A stretch of DNA of 60,160 nucleotides, the filler included. It is 4 parts of 4 records of this genome, joined end to end, with 100 filler letters (N's around TTAATTAATTAA, not from the genome) between each part and the next. Parts side by side here need not be neighbours in the genome. Positions count along the whole stretch, not along the records: positions 8,465 to 34,687 come from DRR723986_8928; positions 34,788 to 53,194 come from DRR723986_8933; 2 more parts are not named here. One strand, 5' to 3'. The position numbers and the translations under genes are program-made. The first letter of the stretch is position 1; each line of letters starts with the position of its first letter. The notes beneath the pieces were generated by a model, which was not told the DNA's origin, did no database searches, and saw only the letters and a program-made list of their open reading frames with translations. Of the stretch, positions 31,417 to 41,475 are shown piece after piece.

Positions 31417-33228
31417 CTAAGACAGTTTCCATTCCTCGAGCATCTTGCGCTCCTTGGCGACGTCGCTGCCGTCGGGAGTTTCGTCGGAATCGCGGTCGAA
31501 CCAGGAATCCTGGAACTCGAGATAGCCGCCCTTTCCTTTCGCAGCGTTTTCCATGGCAACATTTGTCGATAGCGCGATGACTGCATCGGCCATGGCGACC
31601 TCAGGGTAACAGCGTGGCTTGTTCTCTGGATCTGGGTTGCGAATGCAGTACGCCCAGTGCTCGATCTCTTCGGTATAACCACGGCTCACGTCGGGGCCAG
31701 TCGCTGCCTTCGAGATCGGAGCAGCACTGTAGGATCCGCTTGCTTGAGTATCCAAGCTGTAGGCACCATCATCTTCCTTGACGGTGACCTTGCTGGATGT
31801 GTCAGCAGACTTGTACAGCATGATTTCCTTCTCACGCTCGAGAACCATCGTCCCCTTAGTACCCATGACGACTTCGCCGTAACCACCGTAACCATTTCCG
31901 TTGATCGTCGAGTAGGTGACGACGATCTTCTTGTTCGGATCTTGCTCGTACGGAGGAATGCCCTTGTTCTTCGGCGGATAGTTATATGCTTCGTTGTAAT
32001 AGCCAACGTCGAAGTCAGGATCGTAGTCGGGGCCAGGAAATTCGTACATGCAGTAGACGTGGTCGCCAGCGTCACGGTCCATCGGGAAGATGTGGCGACC
32101 GCCGACAGCGTGAACGCTCAGCGGATGGGCCTTCTTCCCGTCACTGCGTAGTGCGGAACAGAAAATCGTGGCTGCGTCGAGTTGGTGGGAGCCGAGTTCG
32201 GCCATCAGCCCACCGCCGGTTCGTTCCCACAGTCGCCAGCGACATAGCTCTTCTAGTGCACTTCGTTCGTGGCCGTTGGGCAAAGTCATTTGCTCGTAGC
32301 CGTGTTTGCCAGCTTCTACGTCGGCGTCACGCATCCAGGCTTCCCACTGGGCGACTCGCTTCTTGAGCAGCTCAATTTTCGATGCCTTCGTTTCCTTGGT
32401 CAGCGCGTTTTGAAAGCTCTTCAGTTTCTTAGCGATTTGGTCGTATCGCTTATTATCAACGGGAGAGATTTCTCCACCCGGCAGTGGCATTTGCCAGCTA
32501 TCGTTGCCGGGCAAGTTGCCGCGGTGCCATTGTGCACGAATGTGATGAAGCTGCCCAAGCAGGCCAAAGCGAAGTAGATGCACCGCGTTGTCGTACAGGA
32601 CGCTATAGTGTCGTTGGTGCCCCGTTGCCAGATGAAGGCCAGTTTCTTTTGCAACGCGTGCCATAACTTTGCACTGAGCCACATTGTGGGCCATCAGTTT
32701 TTCAGTCAGAACGTGCTTGCCTTTCGCCATGGCTTGCACTGCGATTGGTGCGTGCAGGAACAATGGCAAGGCGATAATGACCGCTTCGATGTCTTTGTCG
32801 TCCAGGAGTGCTTGGATGCCACCATTCTCGGGCGTGTAGACCTTGACGTTCTTCTCAGCTTGCTTACGCGAGCTGTAACCGTACTGCTTGATCAACCCGG
32901 GGCGGGCAGCAAGAGCAGCATCGCTGGACCAATCGCCCTCAAACGCTCGATGAATACTGCTGGGCCGGATGTCTGCAATCGCGACAACATCGACGAACTC
33001 TGGTGTACAGCCACCGAGCAGCACGTTGCCTTCGTCGCCGACGCCGATCACACCAATTCGAACGGGCTTGTCGATCCCTTTGTATCCGAAGTACATCCCG
33101 CCCAGACCAGCTCCGGACACGACACCCGCCGTTGCAACGCCCTTCACGAAATCTCGACGAGTCACGCCGACCGCTTCGTGGAAGTTATCTTTGCCGACCT
33201 GCTTTTGTTCTTCGGTTAGCGACTGCAT
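31417..33228 (-). CDS. Large Tat-type Gfo/Idh/MocA oxidoreductase
   Basis: TRRDFVK motif; IGVIGVGDEG Rossmann fold; TEKL, GHQRH and ELGSHQLD motifs. Confidence 0.9.
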   Translation of the reverse strand: MQSLTEEQKQVGKDNFHEAVGVTRRDFVKGVATAGVVSGAGLGGMYFGYKGIDKPVRIGVIGVGDEGNVLLGGCTPEFVDVVAIADIRPSSIHRAFEGDWSSDAALAARPGLIKQYGYSSRKQAEKNVKVYTPENGGIQALLDDKDIEAVIIALPLFLHAPIAVQAMAKGKHVLTEKLMAHNVAQCKVMARVAKETGLHLATGHQRHYSVLYDNAVHLLRFGLLGQLHHIRAQWHRGNLPGNDSWQMPLPGGEISPVDNKRYDQIAKKLKSFQNALTKETKASKIELLKKRVAQWEAWMRDADVEAGKHGYEQMTLPNGHERSALEELCRWRLWERTGGGLMAELGSHQLDAATIFCSALRSDGKKAHPLSVHAVGGRHIFPMDRDAGDHVYCMYEFPGPDYDPDFDVGYYNEAYNYPPKNKGIPPYEQDPNKKIVVTYSTINGNGYGGYGEVVMGTKGTMVLEREKEIMLYKSADTSSKVTVKEDDGAYSLDTQASGSYSAAPISKAATGPDVSRGYTEEIEHWAYCIRNPDPENKPRCYPEVAMADAVIALSTNVAMENAAKGKGGYLEFQDSWFDRDSDETPDGSDVAKERKMLEEWKLS

Positions 33229-33294
33229 ATGAGAAATTCCTTGCCTGGAAAACTTATTTTGTTCGGTAAATGGCGGAGTGGTCGGAAACGCGTA

Positions 33295-34227
33295 CTAGGC
33301 CGCAGCAACCTTTTCGGTCTTCTTCCGATTCCAAAACGCCCAAGGGATGAAGTCGAGTCCCGCGAATCGTCCAGCATCAGTCGTTGCCAATACGATACAC
33401 CCGAGTGCCTCGATCGCCTGGTAGTAGGTTGGGGTTGTGCCTGCGAAGCCGGGCATTTGTGTGAGCACAACGCTAAGCAGAAACAGTGCCGCAGCCCAAC
33501 TCGCGAGCGGCGTGAGCAGCCCGATGATCAGCAGGATGCCAACCGTCATGTCGAAGATCGGAATGATTCGATCGACAACTCGAACGTTCATTTCGCCTTC
33601 GCCAGGCTTCTTGAACCAGAAGTGACCGGTCTCCTGTCGTTCGACCGCATTGAGAACATTCAACTCGTACTCGTAGTTCGCCCAGAGTTCATCCAGCGAG
33701 GACAGCACGGGTTGGACGTCTGCCATACGTTCCGCTTTGATAGATTCTTTCTGGCCACGAAGACTCGCCACATCATTCCACATCCCGGAATTGTCCATCG
33801 CCTCGACACGTTCGACGCTGTCCCAATACTTCTGAATCGGTTCAGCGTTTTCAAGGTAGACGTCGTTGATAAGGCCGACATAGTTCTCCTTCGACTTGTC
33901 CAGCCCGGCGTAACGTGCCGCAAGCTTGTCGATCTCCGCGGCGCGTTTCTCGTCCGCGCCAAAGTGCTTCTTGGCATCCTCGGCAGCTTGCAGGAACAGG
34001 CCGTTCATTTTGTCCTGGCTGAGCCGTAGGGAACCGTCGTTGTCCCACAAGAGACTTTGGAACTTCGGTGCCAATGGCCCTTTGGCTGCCTTCAAAAAAC
34101 CGGTCGAAGAAAATCCGCCCTCTTTAACCTTCGTAGCACCTTCCATAAAGAAGTGCCATCCGATGCCGATTCTCAACGCAACCAGAGCAAAGATGGCAAA
34201 GGTTCCGAGACGTGCGTAGTTTTGCAT
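33295..34227 (-). CDS. DoxX/DoxD-family membrane protein with large soluble insert
   Basis: ALRIGIGWHFFMEG, GILLIIGLLT and AGRFAGLD motifs; one TM, a long helical loop, then about three TMs. Confidence 0.85.
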   Translation of the reverse strand: MQNYARLGTFAIFALVALRIGIGWHFFMEGATKVKEGGFSSTGFLKAAKGPLAPKFQSLLWDNDGSLRLSQDKMNGLFLQAAEDAKKHFGADEKRAAEIDKLAARYAGLDKSKENYVGLINDVYLENAEPIQKYWDSVERVEAMDNSGMWNDVASLRGQKESIKAERMADVQPVLSSLDELWANYEYELNVLNAVERQETGHFWFKKPGEGEMNVRVVDRIIPIFDMTVGILLIIGLLTPLASWAAALFLLSVVLTQMPGFAGTTPTYYQAIEALGCIVLATTDAGRFAGLDFIPWAFWNRKKTEKVAAA

Positions 34228-34456
34228 AGTGATTCGCGAGATATGAACGGGACAGTTTCGGCGCAGCTCCGCAGGCGGAAGGCTGTCGTTCGTTTCTTGG
34301 TTTGGAGTGGGGCTGCAGGGCGGCCGCGTTGGGGTGGGAAGGCGTTTGCACAGCCACTCGCGTTGGATCCACCGGCAGCGAAGCCAGCACCAATTTGGGT
34401 TGTGGCTGAATCGCGATTCCTAACGATTAATCCCTAGCATCCTTAGACTAACCGCA

Positions 34457-34477
34457 AGTTACCATCTACTGGTAACT
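34457..34477. promoter_or_regulatory. Perfect 8-5-8 inverted repeat upstream of the DoxX gene, candidate operator
   Basis: AGTTACCA-TCTAC-TGGTAACT. Confidence 0.4.
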
Positions 34478-34687
34478 GATCCGCGATTGACAGCCCATTA
34501 TTGCCTAAATGCGACCGTTAGCCAAGTCGAAAGCTCGCAAGCCCCGGCCGGTGCTGAGTTGCAGAGTACCGCCCATGAAAGTTCGACTTTGGATGGGGCA
34601 ACGGCTGGAGAGCAGTCGCACGCTGATCACCTGTCGCATCGCGTCAGACTTACAAAACCGCCCGGCCGCTGACGCGTCGCGGCTCAC

Positions 34688-34787
34688 NNNNNNNNNNNNN
34701 NNNNNNNNNNNNNNNNNNNNNNNNNNNNNNNTTAATTAATTAANNNNNNNNNNNNNNNNNNNNNNNNNNNNNNNNNNNNNNNNNNNN
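34688..34787. other. Artificial contig linker
   Basis: N44-TTAATTAATTAA-N44. Confidence 0.99.
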
Positions 34788-35549
34788 CTGTTTCGCAACC
34801 CCTTGGCCGATCCGTTTTTGTTGGGCAGCGCGTCGGGTGCTTCCTTGGCGGTGGCAGTGTCGCTGGCTGTACTGGGCGTGTCGCCATTTGCCGAGGCGTG
34901 GGTGGTGCGGCTGGGCCTAACCGGTGCTGCTTTTGTGGGTGCGGTGGGCGCTGTGCTGCTGACCCTGACGTTGGCCAAAGGCGTGCAACACACACTGCGC
35001 CTGCTGCTGGCAGGTGTGGTGGTTGGCATGGTGTTGGGTGCGCTGACATCATTAATCACGATTGCGGTTCCGCAAACCTTGCAGGCCATGCAAGCGTTCA
35101 TTCTGGGTTCTACCGGTTTTGTGGGTTGGCAATCGCTGGGAATCATGCTGCTTTCCGGCGTGTTGTGCCTGGCTGTGGCCTGGGCTTTTTCCCGCACGCT
35201 GGATGCCCTTACCTTGGGAGAACACACCGCGCAAAGTCTGGGTTTGCCCTTGCGCCCCGCACGCATGGCATTGATCGCTGTGGTCGCTTTGGCCACCGGT
35301 ACTGCCGTTGCACACACCGGCCTGATTGCCTTTGTGGGTTTGGCTGCACCGCATTTGGTGCGCGCTGCGGTGCGCACTACCTATGCACAGTTGGTGGTGT
35401 TGGCCAGCCTGATGGGTGGGGTGTTGCTGCTGGCTGCCGATATTCTGGCCCGTGGCTTGATTGCGCCTCAGGAAATTCCTGTGGGCGTGTTGACTGCCAC
35501 GCTGGGTGGCGGCTATTTGCTGTGGCTGATGCACAGGAGGGCGGGGTAA
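34788..35549 (+). CDS. FecCD/BtuC-type ABC permease (5'-truncated), probably for corrinoids
   Basis: LFRNPLADP, A.SLG, G.IAFVGL..PH and EIPVG motifs; leads into the cob cluster. Confidence 0.9.
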   Translation: MFRNPLADPFLLGSASGASLAVAVSLAVLGVSPFAEAWVVRLGLTGAAFVGAVGAVLLTLTLAKGVQHTLRLLLAGVVVGMVLGALTSLITIAVPQTLQAMQAFILGSTGFVGWQSLGIMLLSGVLCLAVAWAFSRTLDALTLGEHTAQSLGLPLRPARMALIAVVALATGTAVAHTGLIAFVGLAAPHLVRAAVRTTYAQLVVLASLMGGVLLLAADILARGLIAPQEIPVGVLTATLGGGYLLWLMHRRAG

Positions 35550-36346
35550 TGAACATGAACCAGACTACTGCCGCATTCGAGGTAAAAGGCCTTTCGGTTT
35601 CACTGGGTTCGGGCCGCTTTGCGTGCCCCGTCATACACCAGCTTGATACTCGTATTGCGGCTGGCCGCTGGACCTGTGTGGTGGGCCCAAACGGCGCGGG
35701 AAAATCCACTTTTCTGCGTGCCTTGGCTGGGCTTGTTCCCACGCAGCGAGGCCGTGTCAAGGTGAATGGAAAAGACTTGCAGAGCTATGCACACCGCGAA
35801 CGCGCCAAAACTGTGGCCTGGCTGGCCCAGGGCGGGGCCGATCAGGCTGCTGATGACTTGAGTACCTACGACATCGTCATGCTGGGCCGCTTTCCCCATT
35901 TGCCCTGGTTAAGCCCGCCCGGCCCAGCCGACCACGCCGCTGTGCAGCAGGCCATGGAACAAACCCGTGTGTGGGAATGGCGCAGCCGTTTGTTTGGAAG
36001 TCTTTCCGGGGGCGAACGCCAGCGCGTGCTGCTGGCGCGCCTGTTGGCTGTTCAGGCCGACATTGTGTTGATGGACGAACCTTTGGCCAACCTCGACCCG
36101 CCGCACCAGGCCGACTGGATTGCACTGGTGCGTAGCCTGGTGGCCCAAGGACGAACGGTGGTGACCGTGTTGCATGAAATTTCCCTGGCCTTGCTTGCCG
36201 ACGACCTGTTGGTGTTGCAAGCAGGCCAATTGCACTACGCCGGCCCCAGTCACGAGCCAACGGCACACCACGCCCTGCAAACTGTTTTTGATCATCGACT
36301 TTCCATTCACCAGGTGAACAACCGTTGGCTTGTGTTGCCAACCTGA
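35549..36346 (+). CDS. BtuD/FecE-type ABC ATP-binding protein
   Basis: GPNGAGKST, LSGGERQR, DEP and H-loop motifs; ATG overlaps the permease stop codon. Confidence 0.92.
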   Translation: MNMNQTTAAFEVKGLSVSLGSGRFACPVIHQLDTRIAAGRWTCVVGPNGAGKSTFLRALAGLVPTQRGRVKVNGKDLQSYAHRERAKTVAWLAQGGADQAADDLSTYDIVMLGRFPHLPWLSPPGPADHAAVQQAMEQTRVWEWRSRLFGSLSGGERQRVLLARLLAVQADIVLMDEPLANLDPPHQADWIALVRSLVAQGRTVVTVLHEISLALLADDLLVLQAGQLHYAGPSHEPTAHHALQTVFDHRLSIHQVNNRWLVLPT

Positions 36347-36363
36347 CTGCGAGAGAAAACCCC

Positions 36364-36945
36364 ATGCAAATTGAAACGCCCCCCACTGAAAAACGTTACG
36401 ACCGGCCCGAAGGCGAAAGGCGTGGCCTGATCATCGTGAACACCGGCGATGGCAAAGGCAAAAGCACTGCGGCATTTGGCCTGGCCTTGCGTGCATTTGG
36501 GCGCACCCATGTGCATGGCAAGCTCGTGAAAATTTACCAGTTCATGAAAGTGCCCAGTGCGCGTTTTGGTGAACATCGATCCTTCGAGCAACTGGGTTTG
36601 TCCATCGAAGGGCTGGGTGATGGCTTTAGCTGGAAAAGCAAAGACATCGAACATTCAGCGCAACTGGCCCGGGACGGCTGGGCCAAAGCCCGCGACACCA
36701 TTCTGGGAGGCGAACATTTTATGGTGGTGCTGGATGAACTGACCTACGGCTTGATTTACGGCTGGATCCCGCTGGAGGATGTGTTGCAAACCCTGCGCGA
36801 ACGACCCAAGGATGTGCATGTGGTAATCACCGGGCGGCGTTGCCCGCAGGAAGTAATCGACATGGCCGACACGGTGACAGAGATGACCATGGTCAAGCAT
36901 GCTTTCAAGGCAGGCATACCGGCCCAGCGCGGTATCGAAGATTAA
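36364..36945 (+). CDS. cobO: ATP:corrinoid adenosyltransferase (CobO/BtuR/CobA)
   Basis: TGDGKGKSTAAFG, QFMK, LDE, TGR and KHAF..G..AQRGIE motifs. Confidence 0.96.
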   Translation: MQIETPPTEKRYDRPEGERRGLIIVNTGDGKGKSTAAFGLALRAFGRTHVHGKLVKIYQFMKVPSARFGEHRSFEQLGLSIEGLGDGFSWKSKDIEHSAQLARDGWAKARDTILGGEHFMVVLDELTYGLIYGWIPLEDVLQTLRERPKDVHVVITGRRCPQEVIDMADTVTEMTMVKHAFKAGIPAQRGIED

Positions 36946-36956
36946 ACGCAACGCAA

Positions 36957-37943
36957 ATGGACAATGCCAGCCCCGCTTTGATTTTCGCCACGTCTTTTAC
37001 ATCCATTGACGGTTTGGCTGGTGCCATGCTGGTGGCTTTGCTCGTCGATTATTGTTTCGGCGAACCGCCGGTTCGCTGGCACCCGGTGGTGTGGATGGGC
37101 AATTATCTGGGGTGGGTCGGTCGTTTGTTTGCACCTGTAATGGGTGTTGTGCCCAGCAAAGTGATGGCCCCATTCACAGCCGGTGCCTTGGCGTGGTGCG
37201 CGGGTGCTGCGGGTGTATTCATTCTGGCTGCGTTGCTTTCAAAGTGGGTGGCACAGGCGAATTGGGTTTTCCAAGTGTTGTTGCTGGGCCTGTTGTTCAA
37301 ACCCATGTTGGCCTGGCGGGTGCTGCGCGATGAAGTACACGCAGTTGAAAAAGCCTTGCAACGTTCACTGCCCGAAGGCCGACAGCAGGTGGCGCGTTTG
37401 GTCAGCCGCGATGTGAACGGCCTGAGCGAGGCGCAGGTTCGGCAGGCTGCCATTTCTACACTTGCAGAAAATTTAAATGACTCTGTGGTAGCCCCGCTGT
37501 TCTGGTTTGCGGTGCTGGGTTTGCCAGGCGCTGCAGTTTATCGCTTTGCCAATACGGCCGACGCCATGTGGGGCTATCTTGGCGAACGCGCAGGGCGCGA
37601 CTGGACCTGGGCAGGCAAGTGGGCAGCACGCGCAGACGATGTGTTGTCCTGGTTGCCTGCCCGCATCACCGCCGTGCTGATTTGCCTGTTGTTCAAAGGT
37701 CGTGGCCTGTTTCAATTACCCGGTATTGCACAACAAACCCCTTCACCGAATGGCGGTTGGCCCATGGGGGCCTTGGCTTTGGGCATGAATATTTGTCTGG
37801 AAAAGAAAGGCGTGTATTGTTTGAATAGGCAAGGCGAGGCGCCACGCAGTGGCCACATCGAAGCCGCCTTGCATGCCTGCGCACAAGTGGTGGTATTCAT
37901 AGCGGTGCTTTGCTTGGTGGCTGTTTCGTGGGGGGTAACATGA
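36957..37943 (+). CDS. cbiB: Adenosylcobinamide-phosphate synthase (CbiB/CobD)
   Basis: GEPP..WHPVVWMG, LVSRD, LAENLNDSVVAP, NTADAMWGY and SPNGGWP motifs. Confidence 0.95.
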   Translation: MDNASPALIFATSFTSIDGLAGAMLVALLVDYCFGEPPVRWHPVVWMGNYLGWVGRLFAPVMGVVPSKVMAPFTAGALAWCAGAAGVFILAALLSKWVAQANWVFQVLLLGLLFKPMLAWRVLRDEVHAVEKALQRSLPEGRQQVARLVSRDVNGLSEAQVRQAAISTLAENLNDSVVAPLFWFAVLGLPGAAVYRFANTADAMWGYLGERAGRDWTWAGKWAARADDVLSWLPARITAVLICLLFKGRGLFQLPGIAQQTPSPNGGWPMGALALGMNICLEKKGVYCLNRQGEAPRSGHIEAALHACAQVVVFIAVLCLVAVSWGVT

Positions 37944-38935
37944 ACACACGTATACATGGCAGTACCGATGAGCACGGGCCGGTGCCCTTTGACTTCTCGA
38001 GCAATGCCAATGCAGTTGGGCCTTGCCCTGTGGTGTTGAACGCAGTTCAGCAGGCTGACGCACTGCGTTACCCCGATCCGAATTACACGGCCTTGCGCAC
38101 TGCGCTTGCCGACTTTCATCAAGTGGATGAATCCAGAATTGTGGTTGCGGGCAGTGCAAGCGAATTCATTCAACGCCTGACCACCTGCCAGTGGCGCAAG
38201 GGCTGCAATTCTTACTGGGTGCCGCAACACGCTTATGGCGATTATGCGCACGCCGCGCAGGTGTGGGACATGGAACTGGTTGATGACCCAAGTCAGGCTG
38301 GCTTGGTGTGGTTGTGCAACCCTTCAAGCCCCTTGGGGCAAACTGAATCGACCGAGCTCTTGAAAATTGTAGAGGCCCACCCCGATGTGGTTGCCGTGCT
38401 TGATTGTGCTTATGAACCCTTGTGCCTTGATGAACAGGCCCGCACGGCCGTGCAAAAACGAGACCATTTGTGGCAATTGTGGTCGCCCAACAAGGCATTG
38501 GGCATGACAGGTATTCGCGGCGCTTACGCCATTGCACCCGTGGGTGAAAGCCGAGCGGTGTGCGCACTGAATAGCTTGGCACCTTCCTGGCCGATCGGCA
38601 CGCACGGGCAAGCAATGCTGCTTGCCTGGACCTTGCCGGAAACACAAGGCTGGTTGGCTGAAAGCCGCAGCGTGCTGGCGCAATGGAAACTGGATCTGCT
38701 GAATTGCCTTCACCAGCGGGGTTGGGAAACGATGCCCAGCATTGCCTCGTTTGTGTGTGCCAAAGCACCTTGCGGAATTGATGAGGTGCACCTGCGCGCG
38801 CGTGGCATCAAGCTGCGCGATGCCACCTCGTTTGGTTTGCCCGGCTGGTGGCGCTTGTGCGCGCAAGGGCCACAGGCCATGGCTGCGCTTTCAAGTGCGC
38901 TTGAATATTATCCTGCAAGGCAGGGCCACGAATGA
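37940..38935 (+). CDS. L-threonine-O-3-phosphate decarboxylase-like PLP enzyme
   Basis: HG..DFSSNAN, YPDP, CNPSSP, DCAY and SPNKALGMTGIR motifs; cob context. Confidence 0.85.
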   Translation: MNTRIHGSTDEHGPVPFDFSSNANAVGPCPVVLNAVQQADALRYPDPNYTALRTALADFHQVDESRIVVAGSASEFIQRLTTCQWRKGCNSYWVPQHAYGDYAHAAQVWDMELVDDPSQAGLVWLCNPSSPLGQTESTELLKIVEAHPDVVAVLDCAYEPLCLDEQARTAVQKRDHLWQLWSPNKALGMTGIRGAYAIAPVGESRAVCALNSLAPSWPIGTHGQAMLLAWTLPETQGWLAESRSVLAQWKLDLLNCLHQRGWETMPSIASFVCAKAPCGIDEVHLRARGIKLRDATSFGLPGWWRLCAQGPQAMAALSSALEYYPARQGHE

Positions 38936-40395
38936 CCGCAGTGTGTGTGATGGTTCTGGGTACCAGCAGCGGTGCAGGTAAAAGCTGGGTGACCACGGCA
39001 TTGTGCCGTCACTATGCACGCCTGGGTTTTAAGGTGGCACCCTTCAAGGCACAAAACATGAGCAACAATGCCCGCGTGGTGGCGGGTTTGCATGGCAGTG
39101 AAGGGGAAATTGGTTCTGCCCAGTATTTCCAGGCGCTGGCCGCATGTTGCGAACCGCATGTGCACATGAACCCGGTGTTGTTAAAACCCGAAGCCGACAC
39201 CAAAAGCCAAGTGGTCGTGTTGGGACAAGTGGACATGGCGTTGAGCAAGACCCCGTGGCGGGAACGCAGCGCCCAGGTGTGGCCGCACATCATGGCATCA
39301 CTGGATGCACTGCGTGCCGACCATGATGTGGTGGTGATCGAGGGGGCAGGTTCACCGGCAGAAATAAACTTGCACGCCAGTGACATTGTGAACATGCGCG
39401 TGGCCGTGCACGCGCAGGCGCGCTGCCTGCTGGTTGCCGACATTGACCGTGGTGGGGCTTTTGCCCACCTGTATGGCACCTGGGCTTTGTTGCCCACCGA
39501 GGAACGTACCTTGATTCGCGGTTTCGTGTTGAACAAATTTCGAGGTGATGCGGCCTTGCTGGCTCCCGCGCCCGAACTGTTGCAGCAGTTGACCGGTGTA
39601 CCCACCGTGGCCACCCTGCCCATGTGGTTTCAGCATGGTTTGCCGGAAGAAGATGGGGTGTTCGATGACCGCAGCCGTTCCACTGGCCGCGTGCACATCA
39701 CCATTGCTGTGCTGGCTTTTCCGCGTATCAGCAATCTGGATGAATTCCAGCCCCTGAAAAATATGCCCGGTGTGCGTTTGGTGTGGGCCCGCACACCTGC
39801 CGATTGTGCAGGCGCTGACTGGATTATTCTGCCGGGTTCAAAACACACCACAGCCGATTTGGCATGGTTGCGCGAACAGGGGCTGGACCAAACTGTGGCC
39901 GCGCATGCCGAACAAGGCAAACCCGTGTTGGGCATTTGTGGTGGCCTGCAAATGTTGGGTGAGGCACTGGTGGATGCGCACGGCATTGATGGCAATGCAC
40001 CGGGGCTGGGGCTTTTGCCTTTGGTGACCTGCTTTGAACCCGACAAAACAGTGCGCCGTACCACGCTGCTTTTTGGTGCCGTGCAAGGGCCTTGGGCCGC
40101 GTTGGCGCAGCAACTGGTCAACGGCTATGAAATTCACCATGGTCAAACCGCGCAACACCCGGCGCTGGCTCAAGTCGGGCAGCTTGCGCGCGAAGTGCTG
40201 CCCGGCTTGGGTTGGCAAAATACAGCGGGCAATGTGCTGGGTGTTTACGTGCACGGCCTGTTTGAAGATGCCGCAGTGTTGGCCGCATTGTTTGGCGCAC
40301 AAGCCCCCACGCTGGAAAGCGTATTCAACGGGCTGGCAGATTTTCTGGAACAGCATGTACAACCGGGCGTATTGAGCGCACTTATCGAACCCTAA
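38932..40395 (+). CDS. cobQ: Cobyric acid synthase
   Basis: GTSSGAGKS, FKAQNMSNN, EGAGSPAEINL, GICGGLQM and YVHGLF motifs. Confidence 0.97.
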   Translation: MTAVCVMVLGTSSGAGKSWVTTALCRHYARLGFKVAPFKAQNMSNNARVVAGLHGSEGEIGSAQYFQALAACCEPHVHMNPVLLKPEADTKSQVVVLGQVDMALSKTPWRERSAQVWPHIMASLDALRADHDVVVIEGAGSPAEINLHASDIVNMRVAVHAQARCLLVADIDRGGAFAHLYGTWALLPTEERTLIRGFVLNKFRGDAALLAPAPELLQQLTGVPTVATLPMWFQHGLPEEDGVFDDRSRSTGRVHITIAVLAFPRISNLDEFQPLKNMPGVRLVWARTPADCAGADWIILPGSKHTTADLAWLREQGLDQTVAAHAEQGKPVLGICGGLQMLGEALVDAHGIDGNAPGLGLLPLVTCFEPDKTVRRTTLLFGAVQGPWAALAQQLVNGYEIHHGQTAQHPALAQVGQLAREVLPGLGWQNTAGNVLGVYVHGLFEDAAVLAALFGAQAPTLESVFNGLADFLEQHVQPGVLSALIEP

Positions 40396-40416
40396 TTTTT
40401 CAGGTACACAGCACCC

Positions 40417-41469
40417 ATGCCATTTGATTTACCCCTTGTTCAAAACCCCTGCAGTGCTGTTTTGCAAGCACGGATCCAGGCCTTGCTTGACAACAAAACC
40501 AAACCGCTTGGTTCATTGGGTCGGCTTGAAAAACTGGCCGTTCAAATAGGCCTGGTCTTGGGCACTGAGAGCCCTGCTCTGGAACAGCCGCAAATGCTGG
40601 TGTTCGCAGCCGACCATGGTTTGGCACAGCGCGGGGTGTCCGCCTACCCCAGCGATGTGACCTGGCAAATGGTAGAAAATTTTCTGGCTGGTGGTGCGGC
40701 GGTCAGTGTACTGGCACGCCAGCATGGCTTGAATTTGGGCGTGGTCGATTGCGGTGTTCGCCATGACTTCACGGCGCGCCCCGGTTTGTTGATTCGCAAA
40801 ATTGGATATGGCACGGCTGACAGCCTTGAAGGCCCGGCCATGTCGATTCATCAATGCGAACAGGCACTGATCAACGGTGTTGAGTTGCTTCGCAACCTGC
40901 CTGGCAACGTGCTGTTGTTGGGGGAAATGGGCATTGGCAATACATCGGCTGCAGCGCTTTTGATGGCGTGTTTCACCGGGTACGACATTGCTGAATGCAC
41001 CGGCGCGGGCACGGGTTTGAATCCCGAAGCTGTTCAGCGCAAAACGAGTATTTTGCGGCAGGTTTTAAGCCAGCATGCCAAGGCACAAACACCGCTTGAA
41101 ATACTTGCAGCCGTTGGCGGGTTTGAAATTGCAACGATGGTGGGTGCGGTGTTGCAGGCCGCTAGTGAACGCCGTGTGGTGGTGGTTGATGGTTTTATAG
41201 CCACGGCAGCAGTGCTTGTTGCGCATGCAATGTGCCCCAAGGTGTTGGCGTACTGTGTTTTTGCGCATCAATCGGGCGAGCAAGGCCACCGCAAGATGCT
41301 GAAATTCTTGAATGCACAACCCTTGCTTGATCTTGGTTTGCGTTTGGGTGAAGGCTCTGGTGCAGCTTTGGCCTGGCCCTTGCTGGTGTCGGCTTGTAGC
41401 ATACTGCGCGACATGGCCAGTTTCGATTCAGCCAGCGTGTCGCGCGCAGGCGATTCAACACAGGCGTAA
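40417..41469 (+). CDS. cobT: Nicotinate-nucleotide--dimethylbenzimidazole phosphoribosyltransferase
   Basis: TKPLGSLGRLE, ADHG, GEMGIGNT and LRLGEGSGA motifs. Confidence 0.97.
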   Translation: MPFDLPLVQNPCSAVLQARIQALLDNKTKPLGSLGRLEKLAVQIGLVLGTESPALEQPQMLVFAADHGLAQRGVSAYPSDVTWQMVENFLAGGAAVSVLARQHGLNLGVVDCGVRHDFTARPGLLIRKIGYGTADSLEGPAMSIHQCEQALINGVELLRNLPGNVLLLGEMGIGNTSAAALLMACFTGYDIAECTGAGTGLNPEAVQRKTSILRQVLSQHAKAQTPLEILAAVGGFEIATMVGAVLQAASERRVVVVDGFIATAAVLVAHAMCPKVLAYCVFAHQSGEQGHRKMLKFLNAQPLLDLGLRLGEGSGAALAWPLLVSACSILRDMASFDSASVSRAGDSTQA

Positions 41470-41475
41470 TTTCCC

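Noticed and set aside
34898-35548. Apparent 482-aa ABC ATPase with a long Cys/Gly/Arg-rich N-terminal extension
   Set aside because: The extension is an off-frame reading of the permease; the real start is the ATG at 35549.
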